A DNA stretch of 58,184 bases from Caulobacteraceae bacterium (GCA_035483335.1 DATHPX010000283.1:1-58184), one strand, 5' to 3'. Positions 11,166 through 21,305 are shown, numbered from the stretch's first letter. Program-made: numbers and translations. Notes: generated by a model from the sequence alone, not told the origin.

Positions 11166-11990
11166 TCACTCGCCCATGATCTCGGCGGCCAACGTGTGGT
11201 CCATGGTCCGCGCGGGCTCCTCGCACGTGGGGCAGCGCACCAGGCGAGCAGGAACGCCGGCCGCAGTGCAGCCGGCCGGCACCGGGATGAGCACCACCGA
11301 GCCGGAGGCGATCTTCGCATTGTCGCCGATGGTGATGTTGCCCAGCACCTTGGCCCCTGCGCCGAGAAGCACGCCATTGCCCACCTTCGGATGGCGATCC
11401 CCGCGCTCCGCGCCCGTGCCGCCCAGGGTGACGCCGTGCAGCATGGAGACATCACGGCCGACGCGAGCCGTCTCGCCGATGACGATGCCGGTGCCGTGAT
11501 CGAAGAAGGCGCCCTCGCCGATCTCGGCCGCGGGATGGATGTCGACCTGGAACAGCTCTGACATCCGGCTCTGGAGATAGAAGGCCAACGACTCGCGTCC
11601 CCGCACCCACAGCCAGTGCGCGACGCGGTGAGTCTGAAGGGCCTGGAAGCCTTTGAAATGGAGGAAGGGCTGGATGTAGCCCTTGCAGGCGGGATCCCGC
11701 TCGTACACCGCCTGGAGGTCGGCCTCAGCGTCGGCGACCATGCAGGGATCGGTGGAATAGGCCTCCTGTGCGACCTCGCGAAGGCTCATCGCCCTCAGCT
11801 CCTGGTCGCCCAGTTTGCGCGCGAGTTGATAGGAGAGCGCGCTCGCGAGTTCCGAATGGGAGAGGATGACGGCGTTGACCAACGAGGCGAGACTGGGTTC
11901 GTCGCGCGCGACGGCCTGCGCTTCCGCCCTCAGAGCGCTCCAGACCCTGGACAAAGGCTCGAGATCCACGACTTCCAGATGTTGCGCCAT
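11166..11990 (-). CDS. cysE: Serine O-acetyltransferase
   Basis: RDPAC, KGFQALQTHR, VDIHPAA, DHGTGIVIGET, GDRHPK hexapeptide region. Confidence 0.95.
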   Translation of the reverse strand: MAQHLEVVDLEPLSRVWSALRAEAQAVARDEPSLASLVNAVILSHSELASALSYQLARKLGDQELRAMSLREVAQEAYSTDPCMVADAEADLQAVYERDPACKGYIQPFLHFKGFQALQTHRVAHWLWVRGRESLAFYLQSRMSELFQVDIHPAAEIGEGAFFDHGTGIVIGETARVGRDVSMLHGVTLGGTGAERGDRHPKVGNGVLLGAGAKVLGNITIGDNAKIASGSVVLIPVPAGCTAAGVPARLVRCPTCEEPARTMDHTLAAEIMGE

Positions 11991-12138
11991 GCGCCCGCTC
12001 CCGCCGACACCGCCTTAACACGGCCCCCGAGGACCCCGATATGGGTCCACCCGCGCCGGAAGGCCAGAGCGTCGCGGCGACCGGTTGCGTTCGATATGCT
12101 TTCGATATATCCGATAAGGGCTCACAAGGAACCTCCCC

Positions 12139-12750
12139 GTGCAAATCCTGCGTGATTCACCGACTTTCGGCGAGCCACTTCCCGTCGAGCCTTCGCCCCA
12201 CACCATCGCCTTCCTCGGCCGACGTCGCTCCGCCTCCGCGGTCACCCTGCAGGCGCCGGCGCCAAGCGAGGACGAGCTGCGCGCTCTGCTCACCCTCGCC
12301 ACCCGCGTCCCCGATCACGGGAAACTCGCGCCCTGGCGATTCATCGTCCTCTCCGGAGAGGCAAAGAGGGGCTTCGTGGCGCGTCTTGAGGCCGTCGCCG
12401 CGGCCCGACCGGATGGGGGTCAGCTGATCGCGAAACTGGAGAAGCTGCGCGTGCCGCCGCTCAGCGTCGCGGTCGTCTCGAAACTCGTCCCAGGGAAGAT
12501 TCCCGAGTGGGAGCAACGACTGTCGGCAGGCGCGGTGTGCACCCTGATGCTGGTGGGGGCCCAGGCCATGGGATACGGCGCCAACTGGATCACCGACTGG
12601 TACGCTTATGACACCGAGGCGGGCGACGTCCTGGGCCTCGGTCTGGATGAGCGCGTGGCGGGCTTCATCCATCTTGGCACGCCTTCCGAACCGCCGCTCG
12701 AACGCGTCCGCCCCGATATCGCGCCGCTCGTGGAGACATGGCGCCCTTGA
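12139..12750 (+). CDS. Nitroreductase (YdjA-like)
   Basis: RRRS, RVPDHGKLAPWRF, GYGANWITDW. Confidence 0.9.
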   Translation: MQILRDSPTFGEPLPVEPSPHTIAFLGRRRSASAVTLQAPAPSEDELRALLTLATRVPDHGKLAPWRFIVLSGEAKRGFVARLEAVAAARPDGGQLIAKLEKLRVPPLSVAVVSKLVPGKIPEWEQRLSAGAVCTLMLVGAQAMGYGANWITDWYAYDTEAGDVLGLGLDERVAGFIHLGTPSEPPLERVRPDIAPLVETWRP

Positions 12751-13265
12751 CGGCGAAGGCGGCAGGCGTCCGGCGGATCGTCGTTCTAGGGTGCGCCGGA
12801 GCGGGGAAGACGACGTTCGCGCGCCGCCTCGGCGAACGGATCGGAGCCCGTCACCTGTGTTTGGACGACCTCTGGGGCCGAGAGCTGGTCCCTGACGACG
12901 TCCCCGCCTTCCGCACCCTGATGACGGACCTTCATGCAGGAGAGAGCTGGGTCAGCGATGGCAACTACGCCCGCGCCAGCTTCGACCTGCGCCTGCCGCG
13001 GGCCCACGTGGCGATCTGGCTGGAGCGGCCGCGCCTCGCCTGCGCCGCTCGGGCGGTGCGCCGGACCTTTCGGCCCGGCGAGGCCCACACCGTGCAGAGG
13101 CTACCCCAGGCGCTACGGTTCATCTGGGGCTTCGATCGCCGCAATCGGCCGCTCATCGAAAGCATGATCGCCGAGCTGGCGCCGGATCTGCCCGTTGTAC
13201 GGCTGAAGTCCGACCGCCAGGCCGACGATCTCATCGCCGCCTGGAACCCCCCGGTCAGCGCCTGA
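12738..13265 (+). CDS. P-loop kinase, FlaR/topology-modulation/adenylate kinase-like
   Basis: GCAGAGKTT, LDDL, WVSDGNY. Confidence 0.75.
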   Translation: MAPLTAKAAGVRRIVVLGCAGAGKTTFARRLGERIGARHLCLDDLWGRELVPDDVPAFRTLMTDLHAGESWVSDGNYARASFDLRLPRAHVAIWLERPRLACAARAVRRTFRPGEAHTVQRLPQALRFIWGFDRRNRPLIESMIAELAPDLPVVRLKSDRQADDLIAAWNPPVSA

Positions 13266-13656
13266 CCAGGCCCTCGGGAAGTTCCGGCCAGTGGCCGTCG
13301 ACATCGTACCAGCTCGACGCATCCGACCGCCAAATGTGCCACTGCCGATCCGCCGTCATGGGCGTGTCGAGACAGCCGAGGCGGAGCATCACCTGGTCGC
13401 TGTCCTGGCGTTCCGCGACGACCTGGGAGCCGCAGGTCCGGCAGAAATAGCGGAGCTTGCCTGGGGAGGATTCATAGGCCGTCAAGAGATCCTCGCCGCG
13501 TGTCCATCGGAAGGCCTTGCGCGGGACGGAGGTAATGCTGGAGAAGGCGCTGCCATGCGCCTTGCGGCAGGTTTGGCAGTGGCAGTGGACAATTCCCTGG
13601 GCCTCGGCGTCGGCCTCATAGGCGACGGCCCCACACAGGCAGCTCCCCTCAAGCAT
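13255..13656 (-). CDS. GFA (CENP-V) family Zn protein
   Basis: GSCLCG, HCHCQTCRK, RYFCRTCGS. Confidence 0.9.
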   Translation of the reverse strand: MLEGSCLCGAVAYEADAEAQGIVHCHCQTCRKAHGSAFSSITSVPRKAFRWTRGEDLLTAYESSPGKLRYFCRTCGSQVVAERQDSDQVMLRLGCLDTPMTADRQWHIWRSDASSWYDVDGHWPELPEGLVRR

Positions 13657-13667
13657 CGGGCTTGCTC

Positions 13668-14120
13668 CTATCGGCCTCTGTAGCCGTCCACGCCCTGATC
13701 CGGGATCCACAGTCCCTCCGGCGCCGGGCCGCTCTGCCAAAAAACATCGATTGGGATACCGCCGCGCGGATACCAATACCCTCCGATCCGCAGCCACTTC
13801 GGCTTTGCCACCTCGACCAGTCGCCGTCCGATCGTGAGCGTACAGTCCTCGTGGAAGGCGCCATGATTGCGGAAGGCGCCGAGGTAGAGCTTGATCGACT
13901 TGGACTCGATCAGCCACTCGTCGGGCGCATAGTCGATGACGAGCCGTGCGAAGTCAGGCTGGCCGGTCACCGGGCACAGCGAGGTGAACTCGGGGGCGGT
14001 GAAGCGGGCGAGGAAGAGCTGGCCGGCCTGCGGATTGGGGACCCGCTCGAGCACAGCCTCGTGGGGATTGGAGAAGCCGCGGACCTCGTGGCCGAGCTGG
14101 GTCAGATGAAGATCGCTCAT
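13668..14120 (-). CDS. queF: NADPH-dependent preQ0 reductase (preQ1 synthase, short type)
   Basis: [34 protein letters not shown]. Confidence 0.95.
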   Translation of the reverse strand: MSDLHLTQLGHEVRGFSNPHEAVLERVPNPQAGQLFLARFTAPEFTSLCPVTGQPDFARLVIDYAPDEWLIESKSIKLYLGAFRNHGAFHEDCTLTIGRRLVEVAKPKWLRIGGYWYPRGGIPIDVFWQSGPAPEGLWIPDQGVDGYRGR

Positions 14121-14215
14121 GACGGGTATTTAGAACGCGCGGGCGTCCGGGACGAGCGGCTTGGCCTTCAGCCGGCTTTGGGGTTGAAGGGAGCCGGACA
14201 GCAGGAGGAAGCCTC

Positions 14216-15019
14216 ATGGCCGGTAAGGACTTCGAAGGCGCAGTGGTGGTGGTGACGGGCGCTTCGACGGGGCTCGGGCGGGCCATCGCCGTGGAGACCG
14301 CCGAACGCGGCGCCGCCGTTGTGGTGGTCAACTTCGCCTCGAACGGGGCCGAGGCGGAAGAAACAGCGCGGCAGGTGGAGGCCAAGGGCGCCAAAGCGTC
14401 TGTCGTCCAGGGGGACGTCGCCGACGACGCCGGATGCGCCGCCATCGTCGCGGCTGCGGCGCCGCACGGGCGCATTGACGCCCTCTTCAACAACGCCGGG
14501 ACGACCGTCTTCGCCAACAATCACGCCGACCTGGACGCGGTCTCAGGCGACGACTTCCTTCGCCTCTACAAGGTCAATGTGATCGGCGCCTACCAGATGA
14601 TCCGCGCCGCCCGGACCCTGCTCGAAGCCGGCTCTGCGCCGGGCGCCGTGGTCAACACCGCCTCGATCGCCGCCGTCCTGGGCATCGGCAGCTCTGTTCC
14701 CTACGCCGCCTCGAAGGGGGCCCTGGTGACCATGACCCTGTCCCTCGCCCGCGCCCTGGCGCCGAAGATCCGTGTCAATGCGATCTGCCCAGGCTTCATC
14801 GACACGCCCTGGTTTGGCCGGGCGATGCCCGAAGACCGCCTCCAGCGGATGCGCGAGGGCGTTGCGGCGGGCACGCCGCTGAAGGTCGCCTCCACGGCGG
14901 AAGACATCGCCGGCGCAGCGGTCTTTCTGGCGTCCCCGGCGGCGCGCCACATCACCGGCGAAGCCCTCATCGTCGATGCGGGGACCCACCTGGGCTACGC
15001 GCCGCTGACGATGCGCTGA
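14216..15019 (+). CDS. Short-chain dehydrogenase/reductase
   Basis: TGASTGLG, NNAG, YAASK; AGGAGG RBS. Confidence 0.9.
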   Translation: MAGKDFEGAVVVVTGASTGLGRAIAVETAERGAAVVVVNFASNGAEAEETARQVEAKGAKASVVQGDVADDAGCAAIVAAAAPHGRIDALFNNAGTTVFANNHADLDAVSGDDFLRLYKVNVIGAYQMIRAARTLLEAGSAPGAVVNTASIAAVLGIGSSVPYAASKGALVTMTLSLARALAPKIRVNAICPGFIDTPWFGRAMPEDRLQRMREGVAAGTPLKVASTAEDIAGAAVFLASPAARHITGEALIVDAGTHLGYAPLTMR

Positions 15020-15059
15020 ACCCTCACCAAGGGGTGATCAGCCTACAGACGAATGTGCG

Positions 15060-15725
15060 CTAGACCATCGTCTTGAACATGAGGGTGATCCGCATGTCCG
15101 GGCAGGCGCGCGACACGCCGCGGGCGACGTGCGGAATAATCCCTGGGAACACCACCAGCCGGTTTGGCTTGGGATAGACCGAGGCGATGATCTCCTGTTC
15201 GGAATCGTCGAAGAAGACCGTCTCGCCTGCGTAATTCGGCTTCCACGACAGATGCGGATAGTAGATCGCCGTGTAATGGGTGGCGATATTGCTGTCCCGG
15301 TGCAGCCCTCCCTCCGACCCAACCGGATAGCCGTTGGCGTAGCAGCGCGTGAGCTTGTGTCCCCGCAACTGCTCGGCCTTCAGCCGACGCCACAGGCTTG
15401 CCACCAGGGGCGCGGTCTTTTCCAGCGTCGTCTCGAAGGCGGCAGGATCGACAGCCTCGCGTCCGTCTATGACAACGCCGGCGAAGTGCTTGTACAGGTA
15501 GCGGCTGCCCTCGACGTCTGAGAAGGCTCCGTAAGCCCACCCTGGGCCCTTCAGGAACGTGAGCAGCGCCTTCTGTTCATCAGGCGGGAGGAGCCCGTCG
15601 TGAGCCAGGACGCCCGCAGGCGCTGTCGGCGGCGGGGTTGGAGCGGCGATGCGCTCGTTGAGCGTCGCAGCACGCGGCGCAGGCGCCCTGAGAAGGGTGG
15701 CGGGGCCGCCAGTCGTTACGCTCAC
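15060..15725 (-). CDS. 2OG-Fe(II) oxygenase (prolyl-hydroxylase-like fold)
   Basis: HRD...GETVFF...PKPNRLVVFPG..PH...RITLMFK gives the HxD...H...R pattern; start uncertain. Confidence 0.8.
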   Translation of the reverse strand: MSVTTGGPATLLRAPAPRAATLNERIAAPTPPPTAPAGVLAHDGLLPPDEQKALLTFLKGPGWAYGAFSDVEGSRYLYKHFAGVVIDGREAVDPAAFETTLEKTAPLVASLWRRLKAEQLRGHKLTRCYANGYPVGSEGGLHRDSNIATHYTAIYYPHLSWKPNYAGETVFFDDSEQEIIASVYPKPNRLVVFPGIIPHVARGVSRACPDMRITLMFKTMV

Positions 15726-15806
15726 AAATCAACTCCGGTGCAAAGGGCGAGTATCGCTCTATCCCGCAACGATCAAACTCGAAAAGCTGTCAGATCGCTG
15801 CAGCAA

Positions 15807-17705
15807 CTATATTTCGATCTCTCGGGAGACTTCAACCACATTTGCTGCCGGGAGGTTAAAGCGATCGAATGTTTTTACGGCGTTTCTAAACAAAAAGCCG
15901 AATAATGGGAGCTGCCACGCAGGGACACAGGATCCCTGGGGTCGGCGTATCACCATGTCACGCGCGCCAAAGAAGATCGCATTGTCGATGTCGACTCCCG
16001 GTCTCAAGTCCTGGATCCGGTTGAGCGTCGCCTTAAGGTCCGGCACTTCCACGAAGCCGAAGTGAACCGTGACGTGGCACAGGCCGTCGCAAAGCATTTG
16101 GACGGCGCAGCGCTCGGCGTCGGGGATGCGGGGTTGCGGTTCGAACACGACCGTGAGCGCCAGGACGTGCTCCTGCAAGGCGCCCGCGAACCTCACATGG
16201 TCCGTGACGATCGATGGCACGCCATCGCCCTGGCGGGTGAGGAAGACGGCTGTGCCGGGAACGCGCGGAACGCCGCGCATCAGGCTCTGGAACTCCGGAA
16301 CCGTCATCGCAGTGCGCACCGCCGTTGCGCGGACGGCGTCAGCCCCAGTTCGCCAGGTGGCCATGAGGCCGAACAGAAGACCGCCAAGGGTCAGGGGAAG
16401 CCAACCGCCGTCCACGACCTTCAGCAGGTTCGCGCCAAAGAAGGCGGAGTCCACCACCAGGAAGATCCCGCCCGCGCCGACAACCAGAGGCAGCGGCCAC
16501 TTCCACACCCTCAGCATGGCTGCGATAAGCAGGAAGGTCGTGAGCAGCATGGTGGTCGACACCGCCGCGCCATAGGCGGCGGCCAGCTTGTCGGAGCTGT
16601 GGAACGCCACGGTGATCGCCAAGGTCGCGATCATCATCAGCCAGTTCACGACCGGGACGTAGATCTGGCCGTAGACCCGGTCCGAGGTCTGGCGGATGTG
16701 CACCCCTGGCATCCACCCAAGCTGCATGGCCTGACGGGTCATGGAGAAGGAGCCCGTGATGATGGCCTGACTGGCGATAATGGTGGCGACGGTGGAGATC
16801 AGCACCAGGGGATAGATCGCCCAGTGCGGCGCGAGCTCGAAGAAGGGGTTGCCCTGGACGTGGCCGAGGCGAAGCAGCAGGCCAGTCTGGCCGGCATAGC
16901 TGATCAGCAGGGCTGGCAGGACGACGCCGTACCACGACAGGCGGATCGGACCGCGGCCGAAGTGGCCCATATCGGCGTAAAGCGCCTCGCCTCCGGTGAT
17001 GCACAGGAATACGCCGCCCAGGACCAGCGGGCCCGCCGAGCCGCTCTGAAGCAGGAAGCGCAGGCCGAGCCACGGATTGACTGCCGTGAGGACCACGGGG
17101 TCTCTCACGATCCCGCTCACGCCGAGCGCGGCGATGACGATGAACCAGAGCAGCATGATCGGCCCGAAGGCGACGCCGATCCTCCCCGTCCCGAACTTCT
17201 GCGCTCCGAAGAGGAGGGCGAGGATCACCACCGCCAGGGGCATGATGAAGGGCTTGAGACTCGAGGTGACCACATTCACCCCTTCGAGAGCGCTGAGCAC
17301 GGAGATGGCGGGCGTGATCGCGCCGTCTCCGTAAATCAGGCCGGCGCCCAGCAGCCCCATGGCCGTCAGGACCAAGGTCCGTCCGCGCAGCTCGTTCGCG
17401 CCTACCAGGGACATCAGGGCCAGGATTCCCCCTTCCCCTCGGTTGTCGGCGCGCATCACGAACAGGCAGTACTTGACCGAGACCGTGACGATCAGGGTCC
17501 AGAAGATCAGGGAGAGAATGCCGAGCGCGCTTTGTGGCGTGAAATGGCCCCCCGCCGCCACGACGACCGTCTGCAGGGTGTAGAGGGGGCTCGTGCCGAG
17601 GTCCCCGAAAACGACGCCCAGCGCAGCGAGCGCGGCGAGCGGTCTTGGTCCCGCGGCGTCGCCACGGGCGTTCGCGACGCGAGAACCCGCCTCGTCCTTC
17701 GCCAT
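15807..17705 (-). CDS. kup: Potassium uptake protein Kup
   Basis: LGVVFGDLGTSPLY, GEGG, ITPAISVLSA, GGEALYADMGHFG, GQIYVP, AYG. Confidence 0.95.
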   Translation of the reverse strand: MAKDEAGSRVANARGDAAGPRPLAALAALGVVFGDLGTSPLYTLQTVVVAAGGHFTPQSALGILSLIFWTLIVTVSVKYCLFVMRADNRGEGGILALMSLVGANELRGRTLVLTAMGLLGAGLIYGDGAITPAISVLSALEGVNVVTSSLKPFIMPLAVVILALLFGAQKFGTGRIGVAFGPIMLLWFIVIAALGVSGIVRDPVVLTAVNPWLGLRFLLQSGSAGPLVLGGVFLCITGGEALYADMGHFGRGPIRLSWYGVVLPALLISYAGQTGLLLRLGHVQGNPFFELAPHWAIYPLVLISTVATIIASQAIITGSFSMTRQAMQLGWMPGVHIRQTSDRVYGQIYVPVVNWLMMIATLAITVAFHSSDKLAAAYGAAVSTTMLLTTFLLIAAMLRVWKWPLPLVVGAGGIFLVVDSAFFGANLLKVVDGGWLPLTLGGLLFGLMATWRTGADAVRATAVRTAMTVPEFQSLMRGVPRVPGTAVFLTRQGDGVPSIVTDHVRFAGALQEHVLALTVVFEPQPRIPDAERCAVQMLCDGLCHVTVHFGFVEVPDLKATLNRIQDLRPGVDIDNAIFFGARDMVIRRPQGSCVPAWQLPLFGFLFRNAVKTFDRFNLPAANVVEVSREIEI

Positions 17706-17809
17706 ACAGTCCCTCTCACCGTCCGGCCTCGGATCCGGCCCCCCGCACGGATCACTGCCGTAACTCGGTCCGGCTTGCACCTTTCCAGGCGGAGCCGGAC
17801 TTTGTTCAA

Positions 17810-19135
17810 TCAGGCAGGATTGTCGAGGCTGAACCGATCGTCGTCCTCGTGATAGGCAAAAATCTCGGCGTATCGGCCCCAGGTAATGATCGCGTCCATC
17901 GTCTCCTCGGCGTAGGCCTCGCTCATGAAGTCCTCAAGTTCGTCGCGGAACCGCGAGGCGGGCGCCTGATGGGAGGCCCGATCGTCGAGGACGCGGCGGA
18001 TGTGGGCCGCTAGCGGAACATAGGCGATCACGTGCTGGGCGAAGATCTGCTTGCGCTGGTCCACGTCGGCGTCCGCGTAGCGCTTGCCGGCCGGGGTCAG
18101 CCGGATCTCGCGCCCGGCGATCTCGGCGAAGCGCATCAGCTGCAGCGTCTCGGCGATCGGCAGCAGCTCGTCGACCTCGAGCTGGAGCTCGCGAGAGAGG
18201 TCGGAAAGGTCGTCCCTTGCGCCCGGCGCCGCGGCCAGGGTCTCGATCATGCCGGCCAGGGTGTTGGTGGAGATGTGCGTAAGGACCGTCCCCAGGCCGG
18301 TTCCGGGGAACAGACCCTCGCGCGCGGCGGGATCCTTCGGCCGCGCCGTCATGCGCGCGTAAATGTCGTCGACCAACGCCCGGAACGCCGGATCCAGGCG
18401 CTTGCGCGGCTGCGGCAGGTCCACCTTGATCTCGGCGATGACGCGGCCGGGATTGCTGGAGAAGACGAGGATGCGGTCGCACATCAGCACCGCCTCTTCG
18501 ATGTTGTGCGTGACAAGCAGGATCGACCGGATCGGCATGCGGCCTTCCGACCACAGATCGAGCAGGTCGGTGCGCAAGGTCTCGGCGGTGAGCACGTCGA
18601 GCGCGGAGAAGGGCTCGTCCATCAACATGATCGACGGTTGGACCACGAGCGCCCGGGCAAGGCCAACTCGCTGACGCATCCCGCCGGACAGCTCCTTGGG
18701 ATAGGCGTTCTCGAAGCCATCGAGGCCGATCAGGTCGATGGCCGCCAGGGCTCGCTGACGTCGCGCGTCGGCGGGCACGCCCTGCGCCTCGAGGCCCAGC
18801 TCGACATTCTTCTGCACCGTCAGCCATGGGAAGAGGGCGAAGCTCTGGAACACCATGGCCACGCCATGGGCGGCGTCGTCCCCGGGCAGATCGCGCACGG
18901 TGACGGTTCCCGCCGTGGGCGTGATGAGGCCGGCGATCGAGCGGAGCAGGGTCGATTTTCCCGAGCCCGAGCGCCCGAGCAGCCCCACGATCTCGCCCGA
19001 GTTGAGCGTCAGATCGACGTCCTCGAGCACCATCAGGTCCTGGCCGCCCCGACTCCCGCCGTAGACGTGCTTGAGGTCCTTCACCTCCACGAGTGGCGCG
19101 GCGAGCTGCTGGGGCCGTTCGAGGGTCACGGTCAT
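17810..19135 (-). CDS. NitT/TauT-type ABC ATPase with C-terminal AAA-associated domain
   Basis: GRSGSGKS, LSGGM, MDEPFSALD; long C-terminal extension ending WGRYAEIFAY. Confidence 0.9.
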   Translation of the reverse strand: MTVTLERPQQLAAPLVEVKDLKHVYGGSRGGQDLMVLEDVDLTLNSGEIVGLLGRSGSGKSTLLRSIAGLITPTAGTVTVRDLPGDDAAHGVAMVFQSFALFPWLTVQKNVELGLEAQGVPADARRQRALAAIDLIGLDGFENAYPKELSGGMRQRVGLARALVVQPSIMLMDEPFSALDVLTAETLRTDLLDLWSEGRMPIRSILLVTHNIEEAVLMCDRILVFSSNPGRVIAEIKVDLPQPRKRLDPAFRALVDDIYARMTARPKDPAAREGLFPGTGLGTVLTHISTNTLAGMIETLAAAPGARDDLSDLSRELQLEVDELLPIAETLQLMRFAEIAGREIRLTPAGKRYADADVDQRKQIFAQHVIAYVPLAAHIRRVLDDRASHQAPASRFRDELEDFMSEAYAEETMDAIITWGRYAEIFAYHEDDDRFSLDNPA

Positions 19136-19157
19136 GGCGGGCCTCCTTCGACGGGCG

Positions 19158-20906
19158 TCAGTTCAAGCGGAAGTTCTTCTCGGCGTAAGCGTAAAGCGGT
19201 CGCCAGAGAGAACGGTTAAGGGTGATGACGAAGAGGCTCATCACGGTGGCGCCGAGAGCCACGCGCGGGATGTCTCCGGCCGCGGTCGCCTTGGCGATGA
19301 ACGCGCCCAGCCCCCGGGCCTCGAGCGTGCGGTGGCCCCAGGTGACCACCTCCGCCACGACGCTGGCGTTCCAGGACCCTCCCGAAGCCGTGAGAGCGCC
19401 GGTGATGTAGTAGGGCATGATCCCGGGCAGGATGAAATCGCGCCAGCGCTGCCACGCGCGCAGGTGGAACATGCCAGCGGCTTCCTTGAGGTCGTTGGGC
19501 AGGGCGCTCGCCCCGGCGACGACATTGAACAAGATGTACCACTGGGTCCCCAGGATGATCAGAGGCGAGAGCCAGATGTCAGGGTCCAGCCGAAGGGCGA
19601 CGATCGCCATCACCGCGAAGGGAAAGATCACGTTGGCGGGAAAGGCGGCCAGGAACTGGGCGAGCGCCTGGATCCTCTGGGACCAGGCGGGCCTCAGCCC
19701 GATCCACACGCCGATCGGCACCCAGATCAGGCTGGCGATGACGATCAGTACGAGGACCCGGCCGAGGGTGAGGAAACCATAGCCCACCGCGACCAATGCT
19801 TCGTTCCAGTCGAGCGAGCGCGCCAGATAGCTGAGGATCGTCACGACCGCCCACAACACCGCCGCGCCGATCACGGCGTACCACAGCCGATCAAGCCAGA
19901 GGGCGGCCGTGGGGCTGAGGGGGCGAGGCTGTCGCCTCGTGGCGCGGCTCGGGGCCGGAAGATGGCTCAGCAGATTTCCGATTGGCTCCGCGACCCGCGC
20001 CAGGAGGCGCGTGCGACGCATGAGATCGAGGAACCAGGACTCCGGCTCGACCTCGGAGGCGGTCTGCTCGAAACGGAACTTGTCCGCCCAGGCCACGATC
20101 GGCCGGAAGACGAGCTGGTCGTAGAGGACGATGACGACCGCCATGGCCCCGACCGCCCATGCGACGGCGGCGAGGTCCCGATGGTCGATCGCCACCGAGA
20201 GCCATGAGCCGATGCCGGGCAGCATGTAGCTCGTCTTGCCCACGGAGAAGGCCTCGGAGGCGACGACGAAGAACCAGCCTCCGGACATCGACATCATCGT
20301 GTTCCACACGAGCGCGGGGGTCGCGAAGGGAAGCTCCAGCTTGAGGAACCGCTTCCAGGGAGAGAGCCCGAACTGGCGGGCCGCCTCATCCAGGTCCGAA
20401 GGGATCGTCCGCAGGGACTGGTAGAAGCTGAATGCCATGTTCCAGGCTTGAGAGGTGAAGATCAGGAAGATCGCCGCCCCCTCGACTCCCAGCTCGCTGG
20501 CCGGAAACAACCCGACGAAGAAGGTCAGGGTGAAGGCGAGGAACGACATGATCGGAATCGACTGGGCGATATCGAGCATGGGGATGATGACCAGCTCGGC
20601 CTTACGGCTCTTGGCCGCCAGGGTCGCGATGCCGAAGGTGAAGAGCAGCGACAGCGCGATCGCGGAGAACATCCGCAGCGTCGAACGCAGGGCGTATTCA
20701 GGCAGCCTGGCGGGATCCAGGACGACGGGCTCGGTCACGAGGTGGCTGACCGGCAGATTCATCTGCCGGGCGCCGTGGACCACGAGCACCGCGAACGCCC
20801 CGATCAGCACCAGGGCGATGATGTCGAACCGGTTCGGCGCGAGATCGCGGCGCGCAAACCGCGCCAGCAGACCGGCGCCTTGCCGATCGGAGGAGAGGAA
20901 GACCAT
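19158..20906 (-). CDS. NitT/TauT-type ABC permease with two fused TM modules
   Basis: Two EAA loops (DLDEAARQF, DLKEAAGMF), FTSQAWNM, GTQWYILFN. Confidence 0.9.
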   Translation of the reverse strand: MVFLSSDRQGAGLLARFARRDLAPNRFDIIALVLIGAFAVLVVHGARQMNLPVSHLVTEPVVLDPARLPEYALRSTLRMFSAIALSLLFTFGIATLAAKSRKAELVIIPMLDIAQSIPIMSFLAFTLTFFVGLFPASELGVEGAAIFLIFTSQAWNMAFSFYQSLRTIPSDLDEAARQFGLSPWKRFLKLELPFATPALVWNTMMSMSGGWFFVVASEAFSVGKTSYMLPGIGSWLSVAIDHRDLAAVAWAVGAMAVVIVLYDQLVFRPIVAWADKFRFEQTASEVEPESWFLDLMRRTRLLARVAEPIGNLLSHLPAPSRATRRQPRPLSPTAALWLDRLWYAVIGAAVLWAVVTILSYLARSLDWNEALVAVGYGFLTLGRVLVLIVIASLIWVPIGVWIGLRPAWSQRIQALAQFLAAFPANVIFPFAVMAIVALRLDPDIWLSPLIILGTQWYILFNVVAGASALPNDLKEAAGMFHLRAWQRWRDFILPGIMPYYITGALTASGGSWNASVVAEVVTWGHRTLEARGLGAFIAKATAAGDIPRVALGATVMSLFVITLNRSLWRPLYAYAEKNFRLN

Positions 20907-21086
20907 AGGCTCGCCTCGTGATCGCCGCGTCGGGCGTCACGCGCGAGCCGGGGAAGCCTTAGCTTCGAGCCCGCCCGGACGTCCTCTGCGGCCCGCTATC
21001 TGGACCAGGACTGTCGCTTGGCATCTGGGTTTGGGTTTCCGGTTGATCGCGCTTGCACGAGCGTGAGCCCCTGCACTCGCGAGGGC

Positions 21087-21115
21087 GGGATGAGCCTGCC
21101 CGGGCGAGGTGTCAA
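21087..21115 (-). promoter_or_regulatory. Putative sigma70 promoter for the ABC/kup unit
   Basis: TTGACA at 21115-21110 followed by gctcatcc, resembling the Caulobacter -10 element; implies a leader of about 170 nt. Confidence 0.45.
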
Positions 21116-21305
21116 CCCTTGTAACCGCGGCGCATTAGCCCGTGACACGGTAAAGGCTGAACCGAGCCGCGAGACTGCGCGCTTTGGACCCAACGGGGTT
21201 CGGCTGGGGCTTGCCCTACGGCGCGGAACTGTCGAACGTCCGTCGGACTACCGGCTCCGGATTTCGCCTGAATCCGCAGCAAGGGACAACGAGGGAGAAG
21301 CGGCC

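Noticed and set aside
8464-13265. Defence system built on the helicase plus P-loop protein
   Set aside because: The helicase is canonical UvrD in a housekeeping context, with no nuclease or other defence partner.
14121-14215. preQ1 riboswitch upstream of queF
   Set aside because: No preQ1 stem-loop or A-rich tail; this is a short divergent promoter region.
20907-21100. M-box or other known riboswitch before the ABC operon
   Set aside because: I could not recognise the conserved core of any known riboswitch by eye; cmscan would be needed.
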